In this document: piece after piece, positions 38,798 to 52,005 of the stretch | Layout of the letters: every line of letters begins with the position of its first letter | Position numbering within the stretch: the stretch's first letter is position 1 | Source: Ramazzottius varieornatus | Taxonomy: Eukaryota; Animalia; Tardigrada | Direction of reading: 5' to 3' | DNA length: 64,000 nt | Assembly (NCBI GenBank): GCA_001949185.1 | Contig: BDGG01000001.1 | Coordinates: forward strand, 4,205,624 to 4,269,623 | Translations under genes and position numbers: made by a program | The notes under the pieces: model-generated | What the model was told of the DNA's origin: nothing | Databases searched by the model: none | Seen by the model: the letters and a program-made list of their open reading frames with translations, nothing else

Positions 38798-41700
38798 GAT
38801 CAGTTCGGAGTGTATACCATTGCCGAAGGTCGAAAGCGTCACTCAGATTTGGGGAAAAGGTGCGAGAATTATCATGATTTACGATGTATATTCCGTTCTG
38901 AAGCGCAGCAGAGCACAAAGCAGCGTTTTCATTACATGCTTTAAGATAGCGGAATGTCCAAGCGAGCGAGATTTCACCTTAAGTTAGATCTCAAAACACA
39001 GAGTGGCAAATACACTGGGGACAAATACCCTCAGTTATGGCGCAGGTCTAAAAGATTCTACTTTGACCAGTTGTGTTTGTGAAAAGCTCTCGTGTAACTT
39101 GCTAAACGGATCGCGGATTGGTACGTCCTCATGGTCTTGTTTCCGGTCACACAAGACGTGACAAAAATTCCGAACAAGATTATTGCGGCAACTAGTAACT
39201 GACAGTACTGCAGCCACCAAATTAATAGAATACATGTGTAAGTACCCATTGGTTACGAAGAACGCCTTCTGACCATACAATGCTCCTATTTTCAGCTTAC
39301 GAACCTTTTCTCCTGTTCCTATCAAACTTTGCCTACATACAAGAAATGTCAGCCTTTCTGACGAGCTACCTGTAGCACGATCTTACTGGACTTTCCGCCT
39401 AGGAGGTATGCGAAGTAACGTGTGGTTTTTTAGCCGAGGTACTGTGCTGCCATCTACGAAGAATCAATGCCGACGAGTCGGTGGATGAATGACCGCCGCC
39501 AGGTGGAGCATCGGTGAAGGACGACGATGAAGAAGAAAAGGTACCTGCCAAAGAAAAAACGAGTTCTGAACAAGCTCTTCACGCTAGAAGTTGAGAGAGT
39601 TTCGGCCCACCACACAGCTGTAGACTGCACAAATTCAGTGATTGAATAAGCTTGATCGACGAGCGAGCCTCGGTGGGGCATCGTTATTGCGCGAGGTGTG
39701 CCGCGAGCGTCTTTGAAGTTTCCGGAGCGTTGATCGACGAAGGCGCGTATCGCGATCGAAGAGCTGAAACACGTGATGAGGCTACTGCTTGTGGTGGTTT
39801 TACAGCTGGCGCGTGCACTTGACGAACTAGCTGCTGCGTCGCGTCTATCTCCTTCGATGTAGCCTCGCGCGCCTCGGCAAAGACCCAGGCTGCGCAGGCC
39901 CAAGCAAAAAGTGCCTCTCTCTGCATAATTCGCAGCGGTTCGAAGGCAGTAAATCGATCCTCAGTGGCGTATCAGACAAGTTAGTCAGCAGCTGATGGTA
40001 GTTGAGTGCAACCAGTGCGTCGTAAACCTTTTCCTCACACGTTTGACTGCATACTGCCATCTTTCCTACCGTAAGATCTTCTTTCTCGGACCACCAACGG
40101 ATATCTTCTACTCCTGGAATCATCCAGGAATATTTCTGCGTTTTTCCTGTGGGCTGGTCAGGGGGAGTCTTGGGGAAGAACGGCGACATTGATGGATGTG
40201 TCAGGTTTGTTTGGGTTTTTGATAGTTTCAAGGTCAACTTGAGGTGACGTCAGCGCGTGTTGCGCGACATCACCGCCCGGCTGCTGCCGGATGTTTTCAA
40301 CGGCAAGAACCTGTCTTCTCGTCTAGCCCCGTTGACTTCGGACCCTTTCTGTGAGGTCCGTCTTGCTGGAGTGCGGAAAGAGTGAATGTTTGTTGACAAA
40401 CGGAACTTGTGACATATCTGCACCAAGCTGAAATGTGCTGACTTGGCACGCGCAATGTATGTTTCGCAAGTCTTCACATTGTCCTTGAATACAGTGCTAT
40501 CGTTCGTCGACAAGACCTTCAGCAACTTCCGTAATGTACCTTTGTCCATCGCACCTACAAGTTGATTTGATTACCTTGATACCTCCAGTTATTTAGGGAT
40601 GGAAATCTCATCTTGGACTCGTGAGGTTCTCCAGGAGCATGTGACATCAGCTCTGGACGTTCTTACGACGCTCACTGCAGTATAACGTCAGATGGCAGAT
40701 TTGCTAATCTTTAGCTCCCGATCAGCGCATAAATTAATTTCAATAATACTCTCCACGCTTGATCTTTCTCACCTACGTGTCTCTTCCTGGTCATGCCTCT
40801 CCGTCTTCCAGAGACTTCCAGCGAGGCGAGTCGAGACTGCATCCGGAAATAGCCTCGCGAAGGCGACCCTCTGGCAAGACGAACCTTCATCACGACATCG
40901 TCCCTGCAACGCACGAAGATCCACCAAACTTTTCCACGAACTGATCATGGCAATGCCTTTCGTCAGTTCTTCGCATTCTCCGCGCAGCTACAGCAGTCTA
41001 CCTAACGGAACTGCATAAGCCAAGCGTACCAGTATGTAAGGATGAACAATTGGAAAATGTTACTATCCTTCTCTGCAGAGTTATGGAGTGCCACCTCGAA
41101 TCATCTCGACCAAGTGGGTCTCTGCTGCACTTCGGTACCTTCCCTCCACATGTCGCTTTCCAAGACTTTTCCAACGGTTGTCTGAAGGTGCAGCCGCACA
41201 CCATCATATGGCTTCCCACCGTTCTTGTGGCCTCAAGGGCACTGCAAGGAGAAACCACCTACTTCGGATTATACCATGGCGGAATTCGAAGATCGCATCT
41301 ATTCACTGGCCTACCTGACTGAAGTACATCCATATCTTTTGACGATTTGGGTTATCTCTTTCAGGGGATCCTGACCTTCGTCTCCGTTGTTAATGTCAGG
41401 ATGTATGCCGTCCGAAAGAAAGCCACGCATGTGATATGACCTAATGGTCCAAAGGTAAAACTGATGAGAAGGTCCGATCTGATGCCTTGTGGTAGCTCCC
41501 TTGTCCGGAATTCCATATGGGCCAAAGGACGGACAGGTACTTGGCGAGCCACACCAGCAGGACCTCCATTCGATCTGCAAAAGTCTCGCTTACCAGTTGT
41601 GCCTTTACACAGCTCCCTCCGGAGTGTAAATGCATTGTCTGGTATGTGACACTTCAGATGGAAATCCAGCCTACCTGAGCTGCAACCTCAGTATCGGTTC

Positions 41701-42493
41701 TCCGAGTCGGTCAGTCCCACCGCCTCAAAGTTCCTCTGGGTTCTGGGTCGTCTTTGTCCGAAAGTTGAACGTCCGCTAGGCAGCATGGCAGTGTTGCTAG
41801 CTGGTTGACATTTTCCGAGAAATGGAAAGTCAACCACTATCATATTCTGCCGTGCGGCTTCGGATCGAAGATCTTCATGACGCTTTGCAGCTCCGTACAT
41901 GGCCCGGGAACGCCTGAAGCAGACATTACCTCGGAGACAAAAGCGTTAAAACGTTAATTGATCGCTTCTCCGCCTGCATGTCCGGTTCCCGATGACAAAA
42001 AAGCTGATGTTCAATGGTAATTAAATGAGCAACTTTTCTCAAACTATCTATGCTGTTTTGATCAACTTGAACAAACCAAGAGAAAAAGTCTTCAGATTAT
42101 AAAGGTAAAAATGTTTGCTTTCAAAAGATGCTTTGTAAAAAAGGTATAATCGTCTTCACAAAAGAGCAAACGAGGGATGCAAGAAGAACTGTATCATCAC
42201 CGTTTAGAGCGAACCTGCATGGTACGTGCACAGATGGGGCACTCCTGCTTGCCCAAAAGTCGGCAAGCGGCAGTACCATCGAAAAGCCCAAAAAGCTTCT
42301 CAAAGGCATTCAACGAGAGTGGGACACTTAAATCGCACAACCGACCCAGTGCTCCTGGTACCAGCAGTCTGTGCGGACAAATCAGATCTTGAGCGGTCAT
42401 CCGATGCGACATATTCGACCATTTCATCTTGGACCACCATTCTTTACTCACGACACACGAAGTCGACGAGTCCAAGCTACAAAACGAATCTCG

Positions 42494-45205
42494 TTATCCT
42501 ATTTTGTCAGTTTTGTGATCCGCAAGAAGGTTTTTGACAGACCTGTTTACCACTGCGGAGACCGGCAAACGAAACGTACAAGATTGCTATCTGAAGTGGC
42601 GCACGCTCCCAGCCAATAACAATGCAAACGTGCGTCATTTGAGACAAAGATCTCGCTGGGTTTCGACCGCCGGTCGCCTCACTCACTAATTACCTGGAAA
42701 AGATCGACGGAGGAAAGAGCTGCTGAGATTTCGGTGAAGTGGCTTCTGGATAGTCGGGAGGCGGCTTATCGCCATCGGGAAAATCTGCAATCATTGCCGT
42801 CGAGAAGTGTTCGTGGAATGAAGCCAGCTTGTCTGCCTTCTCCTGGTCGACTCGAATGTAGAAGAGCATGTAGGCTTCCGTGTCCGTGATGGTCGAGGTG
42901 TCCACTTCTCGCACATCGGTGTCGTTACAGGTGTACCATTTGGCAGCCTTCGGGTCCTCACCGATCTTAACGAAGGTGGTGTAGTGTCCGCTGGTCAACG
43001 TCGAACCAGCGTGAGAAATGACAGACCGAAGCTCGTACGAGGTGCTGAAGTCCGTGTTGAACATGACCGGATCCAGAAATTCATCCATCTGAAAATCCAC
43101 CCTGCGAAAAAATCGTGATGGATGATAACAGGGAAGAAAACCGCAAAATAAAGTGGGGACGTGTGCAAATGTGTTGAACGAGATCAATATTTCAAGCGGC
43201 GCACATCTCTGTTGTTTCAGCCTGAAAGTGTGCGCCACTTAGGAAAACGATCTGGTTCAATTCATTTGTCCGCTTCTGCTTACAGGTCGTGAATCTTGCG
43301 ATCAGGATTGGTGAAATTCGACATGAAGCTGCCTTGAGATTCGTACTTGAACCTTTTCAGATGGACAATGAGGATTTCCGGTAAGCGAGATATGCGTATA
43401 TATTTCACAGCATCGGTATCTTGGTTGCACTGGTCACAGTGGTACTGATTCTCCCCCGTCAGCTCTTCCGGTTTGAGTTCGTGTCTTAGGCAAGTCATCA
43501 ACGGAACTCTACGCTTTGTGTTACTGTTTTTCAGCGACATCCACTTCGGCCAGCGACTAGTAGTCTGTACCGGCTTGTGGTCGACACAGCTGGCGTGCTC
43601 GGGATGCCGCTGGCTGAAGTCGAGAATCTGATCCTCCGAAGGGATGGACACTTCCAGCATTTGGAAGCCCTCGTACCGCGTAGATACTTCCCCGCAGTTC
43701 GAACATTCTACACTGACGGCAAAGTCGCCGTAGAACAGGTCCTGGATGACACTCCGCCAGGTGACGATGCAAGAGGACTTTGGTTGTGGCCGTGGAGATT
43801 TCACTTCCCGGTTCGTCGGCGATTTTAGCGGTGGAGCATCGGTGGACATCTCGGCATCCTCCCCTACAGCTTCTTCGGACGCTTCATCCGTCATGGAATC
43901 CTGTCAGGCAAAAGAACAATTTAGCCAAGTTCGACTTTTCCTCCAGAAGAAACCTTTGGAAATTTGAATTTAAATACTATTTAAAACATGAAATATTCTG
44001 ATTGGATACCTCGATACAAAAACCCGTATGACGTCAGCTACAGTACTAGCCAATGTACCATAATCCCTCTCTTCAGACGCATGACCTCATATATAGACGC
44101 AATGTATGCGCACCCAGAGCCACACCCATGAAATCATGCCTCGCAATTGTGCACGTGACGTGGATTTCAATTTCAAGCCAACCGACGCACACTTACTTGC
44201 GCAGAGTCGCCATCGATGCTCCGACCATTTCCGTTCTGCAATATCGGAGCTTTGAGCGTATCATCATGCCCTTCACCGTCTTCCACACGTGGCGCGGCGT
44301 CTCCAGCGGACAAGGAGTACATGGAATCTTCGGAAACGAGGCTCATGCACGACTCGTAGTCCGACTTGGTACTCGAAGCATACTCGTCCGAATCTCCTCC
44401 ATCTTCCGGACACGTTTCTTCGGTCAGCTGCAGCACTGGATACTGTAATTCCTCATGTAGACGGTCCAGTAAACACGAGATAAACTCTTGGGCGTCGTGT
44501 TGTTGGCCCATGGTGAACTGCGGAAAGAGACGGCGGATGAGGTTGATGAGGCGACTGGGCGAAAACGAGTCGTTCTGATCACGCATAATCAGCAGCGTGG
44601 CCACCACTTGACTCAGCTCAACCGCTACGTAAGGCGGTAACTTCCTCTTAGGGAAACCGAAACTGTCTTGAATATGACCGATGCTTTCTTGACGAATGTC
44701 GACGGTCTGCCGAAGACGAGCGAACTGATCGACGAAGTAACCCGTCAATGGAGTACATACTAGCAACGCCTGGAGCGCCGCGTTGGCGAAGCAAGTGTTG
44801 CCGACGTTGAAGAGTCCTGCCGGAGCTGGGAAAGAGAATCGTTTCAACCAAGGAAAAGACACAGAAGCTTAGCATATTGGTTATGTTGGACGGTCATCTT
44901 ATAACGAGAAGACTCTTCTATGAATTTGTGAAAATTACTATGTACGTTTCCTTCAGTGGAGCTGTTCCATTCTTACCTCCATTTTCAAGTAGTTTCCCCT
45001 CGATATAGTTCTGGAGAGGTTTGTCCGGGGGCACGTATTCGTCGAGGTCTAAGCAATCGACGACGGCACGTTGCCGTTCGGTGGCAAACTGGCTTTGAAT
45101 GCATTTCAGCAAATCCTGTAACTGTACCAGACGATCTCGTCAAACTCTTGCCATACGATACTTATCAAAACTTCAACTGATACAGACCTTCGGAACGCCA
45201 GGCAT
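42494..45205 (-). CDS. Ubiquitin-specific protease, USP20/33-like catalytic domain; both ends approximate (alternative stop 42690)
   Basis: Cys box GLFNVGNTCFANAALQAL, QQHDAQEFISCLLDRLHEEL, EELTGENQYHCDQC, LPEILIVHLKRF, His box SVISHAG..SGHY. Confidence 0.85.
42594..42640. repeat. Family A palindrome copy (putative last USP intron)
   Basis: aagtggcgcac-N25-gtgcgtcattt. Confidence 0.8.
43194..43240. repeat. Family A palindrome copy (USP intron)
   Basis: aagcggcgcac-N25-gtgcgccactt. Confidence 0.85.
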
Positions 45206-45931
45206 TCTGTACTTTCAAGTCAGTACTTTGGTCTGAAACAGCTTCGTAACATTCGAAGAGACATCCGCCAGAGAAGTCCAGATTACTTAACGGCCGCCGT
45301 TGATCCGCTTGTTGACTCCAATGTCGACACTAACGGTCCTAGATACGCTCCAGCGCCTACGTGATCCTCCCACAGTTCATGTAAATAAGCAGAGCAGAGG
45401 TAAAATCCGATGAGTGTGATGGAAACAGCGGTCCAGCGGAAGCTAATCCCGCAGAAACCCACGTAAGCGGAGAATGCAACTTCATGCAAGACTAGCTAGA
45501 ATGAGATGACTCAAAAAAATTGTGCAACGGTACACACCCAGGGTTGACCCGGGCGCCACCCCAGTGAAAAACCAAAAAACGGAAAGCCCCCCCCTTCGCT
45601 GCCCCGATCAGCGAGGCTCCCACAGCCCCGCTCAACTGGCGCAAGGGCTGCAGTAGGGCCACCAAAACCGCGATTTCGCTGTCGTCCTGCTTCCGAATCT
45701 TTTGTTTTCTGCCGATTAATAAATCGGGATTTCGGGATATCTGCGTGGCACGCTTCAAGAACTTTCCTTCTATGTTTCGATATAAGGTAAACGGTTCCCC
45801 GTTGCGTCAGGAGATCCACAGTGCTAGATCATCTAGAAGAAGAAGCTTTGCGTCGTATAAAGAAGATTTTCGCGGAGAAGGCGCAGGATGTGAGCCAGCC
45901 GGAAGAATCCCAACTACAACTGACAACCAAG

Positions 45932-47145
45932 ATGGGCGATCTTCCGAGAGCTATACTGTGGGAGTTGTTTCAGTGTTTCGACCACCCCCAACGTTGAGAT
46001 AGTTACGTGTACGCTTTCGAAGTTTATTTCAACATGTTTGCTCGCTACTTTGAAAGCATTTTATATGTAATTCAAGCTTTTGTCCAGTGCAAAGTCTGCA
46101 AACGCTGGAGGGACACCGCGTCGAGTCGTCTGCTGAAAAGAGAAACTTGTGTGACGTCGCAGTACCCACCTGTCATCAAGGTGCTCTGCGAAGTACAAAG
46201 TTAATACCGCCAACATGCATTTCGCAAGTCGGCAAGCGGGTCAAGACGGTGCTCTTCTACGGGAAGAGTGAAGAGGTCATTCTGGAAAGTATACCCGGGA
46301 TCCGGAAGGCGCGGCTGGGCACTATCGAGTTCGTGGCAAACTCTCAGACATACAAGAATAGATCGAACAGGCTCGCGATCGAACTCCGAGCCGATCCTGT
46401 TGACAACAAAAACTAATATTGAGTTTGTCCTTCGTGTCTGGTGGCCTCGGTCTGGTGAGTTTGCTGCTCGCGACATTCTTCTGCCAGCTGGATATTTCTC
46501 TGAAAGAAGTATTGTCTAGCGAATGGTTTCTCAGCGCGATGCAAGCCTTCCCGTCGGTGCTCGTAAAGGATATTCGACTTCCGGGATTCGCTGGCGAGAG
46601 GCAAGCTCTTAACCTCTTATAGATCTGAGCCCGTGGGGTTATCTCAAGTTTGGGTGTATAACGATGAAGAACATTTCGGGATTCGAGTAACTAGACGTCA
46701 CACTGGAAGGAGAGGAAGATGGCTATCGGTATCTTGAAACCACAGATTTACCAGCCGAATTTCAAGCTGAACTTTCAGAAAAATATTCCATGCCTATCCT
46801 GACCAGCGAACAATCCGCCGGGCTCGAACGAAACCTTCAAGGATCTGGCACAGACAAGTTGAACCGGCACAAGCTTGGGTTATGCAGCCAAGTATGTTCC
46901 ACTGTAGTTATTTAGCATCTCAGTTCTTCAGCATGAAGTTGCAATATGTAAACGGACTAGTTCGATCTTTTACCATTCTGTCCAATGATTCAAGTTTTCT
47001 TAGGCACTATCCCGAAGAATTTGCCGAATGGATTACTCTAAGCATTGACCCAGACAGATTTCATTTCACGTCTCCTGAAAAGCTAGAAGTGGCGTTCCTG
47101 AGGTACTACCGGCTTAAGTTCCATCGATATGGAAATCAGCAGTAG
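45932..47145 (+). pseudogene. Degenerate F-box protein remnant
   Basis: MGDLPRAILWELFQCF, then after an intron-like gap KVCKRWRD (F-box pattern). Stops and frame changes follow; the 3' limit is uncertain. Confidence 0.45.
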
Positions 47146-47587
47146 TCTTTTGAAGTCGGGCGAATTAGGTTAATGTGAAACGATTGAACTGTGAGGAGTT
47201 TCACAGACATTATGGCTTATGTTGGATTTTCTTTGTGAAGAACCTAGTTTTGTTAGTGGTGGACTCAAAACAAAGCAATTGGTTCTCGCTGTACGGGTAT
47301 CACTTTGACGTTTATGACTATAACAGACCGTTTTCCACTGTTCGCGATGCGAATTCGAAAGTAAAATGTAAAAAAATTCAATCGTTTGCCGTATGCGTAA
47401 TTACGGGTAAAATTTTCACCGTCCAACAATCTTCCCTCCAAATATGTTTTCTATGACTAGTCATGGAACCGAGCTTGGATATCTCTCTCCTCCGGTACAT
47501 CTGTGTGGACATAAGACTGGACACAGGCTTCCGTCCGCATGATACAGTTTCGAATTTTGCAGCAGGCGTCTGTTCGGAGGTGCCTGT

Positions 47588-49463
47588 TTAATGGATAGTG
47601 GCCACCTTCATGCGATGTATAGCCAGGATGGTATTTACCGCTTTCTGCAATGGACAAACCAAGCTAAATTTATATTTCTGCTCTCGTTGCCAGTGTTTTA
47701 TCAGACGTGTATACCTGCCATCTTCGCCGAATAACAAAATGCTTTAGCTTGACTTTCGACAAGGCTTTGTTCTCATCGACATCGCCCTTTGTACCCGGAA
47801 GTAAGGAAGGTCTCCTGTTTGATGGTCGCTACAGAAGGGAGATCAGATTATTCCACCACTTTTTTTAACTTTTGAGTGAGTCCCGGACAACTTCAAGCAT
47901 ACCTTTAGCCATTTGTGGTTCAGACACTGAGCCGCGGTCATTCTTTTCCTGCAAGAAAAAACAGTCTTGTTGTTGTGGGCAAAACGAATGGGAGCCAACC
48001 GTCGGGGGTACTCACTCTGGCTGCTTCACAAGAAGCTTGGTTATGAAGTCTTTGGCATCATCGGAAATTGCATCGAAGCTTTCGTCGTTAAAGTCCCATT
48101 CGGCTTGTGTCACGTTGCTTAAGGTCTCTCCATCGTTGTCGCCCATGAACGGAGAGAGGCCCGACAACCTATGTGGAGGAGAGGATAACAGTAAGCCGAT
48201 TCTGGGGACGCAAGATCGTGCAGCAAAGTCGGGTCAAAATTTTGGAAGTCGTAAAACTCTTTGATGGGTCATACAGAATGTAACAGATGACTCCCACGCT
48301 CCACATATCGGTGGCAGGAGTGATGCGTTCAAAGTTGACCACTTCCGGTGCAACAAACTCCGGCGTACCGAACATGACTTTGACGTTGCTGTTGGGGTCG
48401 TAATGGCGAGCCAGGCCAAAGTCGATAAGTTTGATACGGTTGCTGTTTTGTGTCAAGCAGAGAATGTTTTCGGGCTTCTGTGGGAAAATAAACACGGAGA
48501 ACAGTGTGTGCCATTGATACATTTGTTTACCGGAAGTGGAAAAAAGTGGGATGTGTGTTGATGTTAGTTACCATGTCCAGATGTATGACTTTCTGTCGGT
48601 GCATGAAATCCACGCCTTCGCATATTTGCCGCATAAAGATTGTGCAGACCTTCTCTGTCAGGATAAACTCATCGTCAATGACGCGCTCGAATAGTTCGCC
48701 GCCGGCAATGCTGTATGAGAAGATGAGGAGCAACGATTAATAGAAGAAAAAGTAGCGAGCCCAAGTCACAACATTCCCAAGAAGAGAAACCCATCACTAA
48801 CAGCTCGGTTATGAGAATAATGTTGGAGCCGTCGTCGAAAGCGTCGTATAACTGCAACAGGCGCGGATGCTGCAGCTGGCACATAACAGCAATCTCGTTC
48901 TCTACTTCTTTCCTCTCCTGAGGTTTCTTGATGTTGATCGTCTTTGCAGCCAGGATCTTCGAACTCGATTTCTCCCTACATTCACACACTGTCCCAAACT
49001 TCCCTCTGAAGCAATAGAATCCCAGATACGGTGCTGTTGGAAATGCTAAATATAATGCAGTACTCGTACGGTGAATGCGTACCTTCCAAGTTCCTTGTTC
49101 GGATAGATGTCATAAAACTGGTTCAATTTCCGCTCTTTGCAGTAGGTAACTTTTCGCGGATGAAAGGGGGGATCTTTCTCTGCAAATTAAATGGTAGAAT
49201 ATGCAAACATCACTTCAACGAGACTCGACTTTAGGGAGTTCGACAAACAGAACGTACGTTACTTCAAGTGGCGCATGGCTTCAATGTTATTGGCTGCAAG
49301 TGTGCGCTGCTTGAGATAAGTGTCTTTTTGCCGCTCTCTCACATAAAGTAGCCACGTGGGGTTACTGATCGTAGCTTTCAATTTTCTCTCATGCGAAGAA
49401 GTTGGAGGGATCTCGGAATGGCTTACCGTAGTCGGGCTCGGTCTCGTCGATCTTTTTGCTCAT
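47588..49463 (-). CDS. Myosin light chain kinase family Ca/CaM-dependent kinase (short, sqa-like), multi-exon
   Basis: GKFGTV, GGELFERVIDDEFILTE, HLDMKPENILCL, FGTPEFVAPEVVNF, and CaM-binding tail IRRRWQKAVNTILAIHRM...*. Confidence 0.88.
49266..49312. repeat. Family A palindrome copy (MLCK intron 1)
   Basis: aagtggcgcat-N25-gtgcgctgctt. Confidence 0.8.
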
Positions 49464-50236
49464 CTTGAGTAACACACAAGAATGTGGGCCGCAGATCAAC
49501 GTCAGGTCGACGTGGTGATGTGGGATTTCAGGAAAGTAGGTAACATTCCGGTTTGGGCGGAAGTCACGTATGAAATAGTGTCAAAATGTCTGGGGTAGGT
49601 ATGTCCGTGTCTAGAAATGGCAAGACAGAAGCAGAAAGAAGGTCTAATAGAATGGAGGGAACTCTCAGTATACTGCAAAACAACAAGGTCAAACAGGAAG
49701 CCAAAGGGGCATGCAAGACGTGACGCTCTGCACACAAACTTTGTCTAAATGATGCTGCTTCACAGTGTGCGAGCGCGCTAAGGTTCTCTAACCACAGGAG
49801 AGTTCTTCAAGAAAGCACCGAGCATGCAGTTTCCGCCTTGGCCCACAAGAAGGCCAGAACGATACTAGCTCCTTCTCGCTCTGTCAATCTTTCTTGAAGC
49901 TTTCCGAAAGGAAGGCATTTGCCGGGTGAGAGTGTTACTAAATATAACCGCCTGGCTGCATGCGTACGAAACTTCGCAGTGTAGCAAGAAGGCTTGGCAG
50001 CACTCCGGAATTCTTATTTCATGGCTTGCAAAGTTTGACGCTCTGAATGCTCCTTCCACATTCCGTAATTGCTAGCTTAGCACTGGTAGAGCCTCAGACA
50101 CCATAGTGACCGTACTCGTACTGCGGGGATTCGCAAGGGTACTTGTAGACCTTCAGTCTGGCAAGCTTGAACCTATATAGACGACCGATTATTTGGGAGC
50201 TGCTTGGGCAGTCAAAAAGAACAAGAATGTCATCTC

Positions 50237-50283
50237 AAGTGGCGCACGTTTTCACTGTCACTGGTCTGGAGGCCGCGCCACTC
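50237..50283. repeat. Family A palindrome copy (upstream of MLCK ATG; intergenic or UTR intron)
   Basis: aagtggcgcac-N25-ccgcgccactc. Confidence 0.75.
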
Positions 50284-50859
50284 AAAATAGCCATCTTGTG
50301 CGTTGTGTCTGCCCAGTTCCCATTTCCGGTTGGGTCTGGAGCAAGATGTAACGCGCGTTCAGCTAGAGTACAGTATGGCAAGTGTATAATATAAAATTAT
50401 TTTTGAGGCCATCAGTGTTTTTAGTACGTAGGAAAAACAGCTGTGTTCAATTTGCGGCCATTGACCGCGCATATTGCTTGTTTATGGCTTTTCTTAAATA
50501 TTGCCTGGCTTTTAATGCTGTAGCAGGATTGATTTTACAGCAGAACCAGGACGACAACTTTGCACTTTCATAATTAGTGCCATAGTCGAAGACTCTTAAT
50601 GATGGAGGAAGCTCTTCCTGGAACCAAGGCTGTATTACTGTGTGGTAAGATCTAATCTCATGAACATCAGTGTAAAAAATACCGCAAAGGTCCATACATA
50701 CATTTAACCATGGCCAAACAAAACAAAAATGAGGAAACAGGACAGGAGAATGAGGACGCGGACTTTTCCGAAAATCTGTGTCAAAAGTACTGATTAGTAG
50801 CGCATGTGGCTTCAATCTGTCGAAGGTGACGTTCTCGGTGAAGTCCCGCATTCCCCACT

Positions 50860-51400
50860 TCACTTGAATTGGGCCTTCATGGCTTCCGGCATGGCTTCTA
50901 CCATAAGATCACACTGGCTTTCGGCTTTTCCGTGTTCGTTGGTGGCGACACATTCTGTGAAAGGAAGAATGTGAGGTTGGACCGTTCCAAGTAAACAAGC
51001 TCGACTGGGTAACTTCCTCGCCCGAAAGAAGAACCAGGAACTCACTGTAAGTCGCATCATCATCCGCTGCCGATTCCACAAAGTTGAGCCCAACAGTTCC
51101 ATCGCTTTCCTCAATTATATGAAGTTTGCTGTGTCTGGCGTCGACGATTACCAGGGGCTCGTCGTTCTTGAACCACTGAATTTTGGGCTTTGGGTTTCCG
51201 CTGACCTTGAAAAGAGGGCTCTTCAGCTTTCTGGGCATACTTCGCCCACCAAACTAGCGACTCACATTCGAATAGAAGAATACAGCTTTCTGCAGAGCAT
51301 GTTTACATGCACTTACCTTTGCAAGGAATCGAGCACCACTCATCTCGATGACTTCCGACTTCTTGGGCGAAAGGTTCGATTCGAACTTTGGCGCGGACAT
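50860..51400 (-). CDS. Stand-alone single I-set Ig domain protein, telokin-like (112 aa, 3 exons)
   Basis: Exons 51400-51317, 51205-51046 and 50954-50860 give APKF..EVIEMSGARFLAKVSGNPKPKIQWFKND..DDDATYKCVATNEHGKAESQCDLMVE..*. Confidence 0.75.
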
Positions 51401-52005
51401 TTTGCGTGGGCGGACTATTCCAGACTGACAATACCAGGAAGGGATATTGGTATAGTTTGAGAATCTAGGGACCTTGTCAGAAAATCAACGTCTGGTACAG
51501 TTTTCCGAATGGAGCCGATGAGCCGGATGACTGAGTTGGCAAGACCTTTTAAGGCATATGCCAGGCTTATTTTCCGGTCTGTAACTTGGCTGTACTGGTG
51601 AACTTTCCCCTGCTATCATCTAGCTGCTTGTGCAGAAGACTTTGGTGGTAACTGGTAAGCTCCACTCTCTTGTGTACGCAAATGCGACACATCGAGCTAC
51701 TTTTCCTCCGACTATTAATATCCAATGTGTTGATTCAGATTTTCGCGCTGATGAGTGGCGTGGAGAATTCTCGAGTCTTCTATCCACTGACACAGTAGTC
51801 GTAAATTAAACCCCGCCGTAAAACGCATCACGGAGATCTGCAACCAATTACCAGCTCCCTATCGTAAACTAGTGTGACACAGAATTCGATCCTTAAATCA
51901 ATGTCTATTAGAGAAGGGCGTTTCCAACGTGGGAAGCTAACCTATGTCGTGCAAGGGCCATGTTTCCGGGATGCCTACCGACGACCCAGAATTTTGGTAA
52001 ATACT

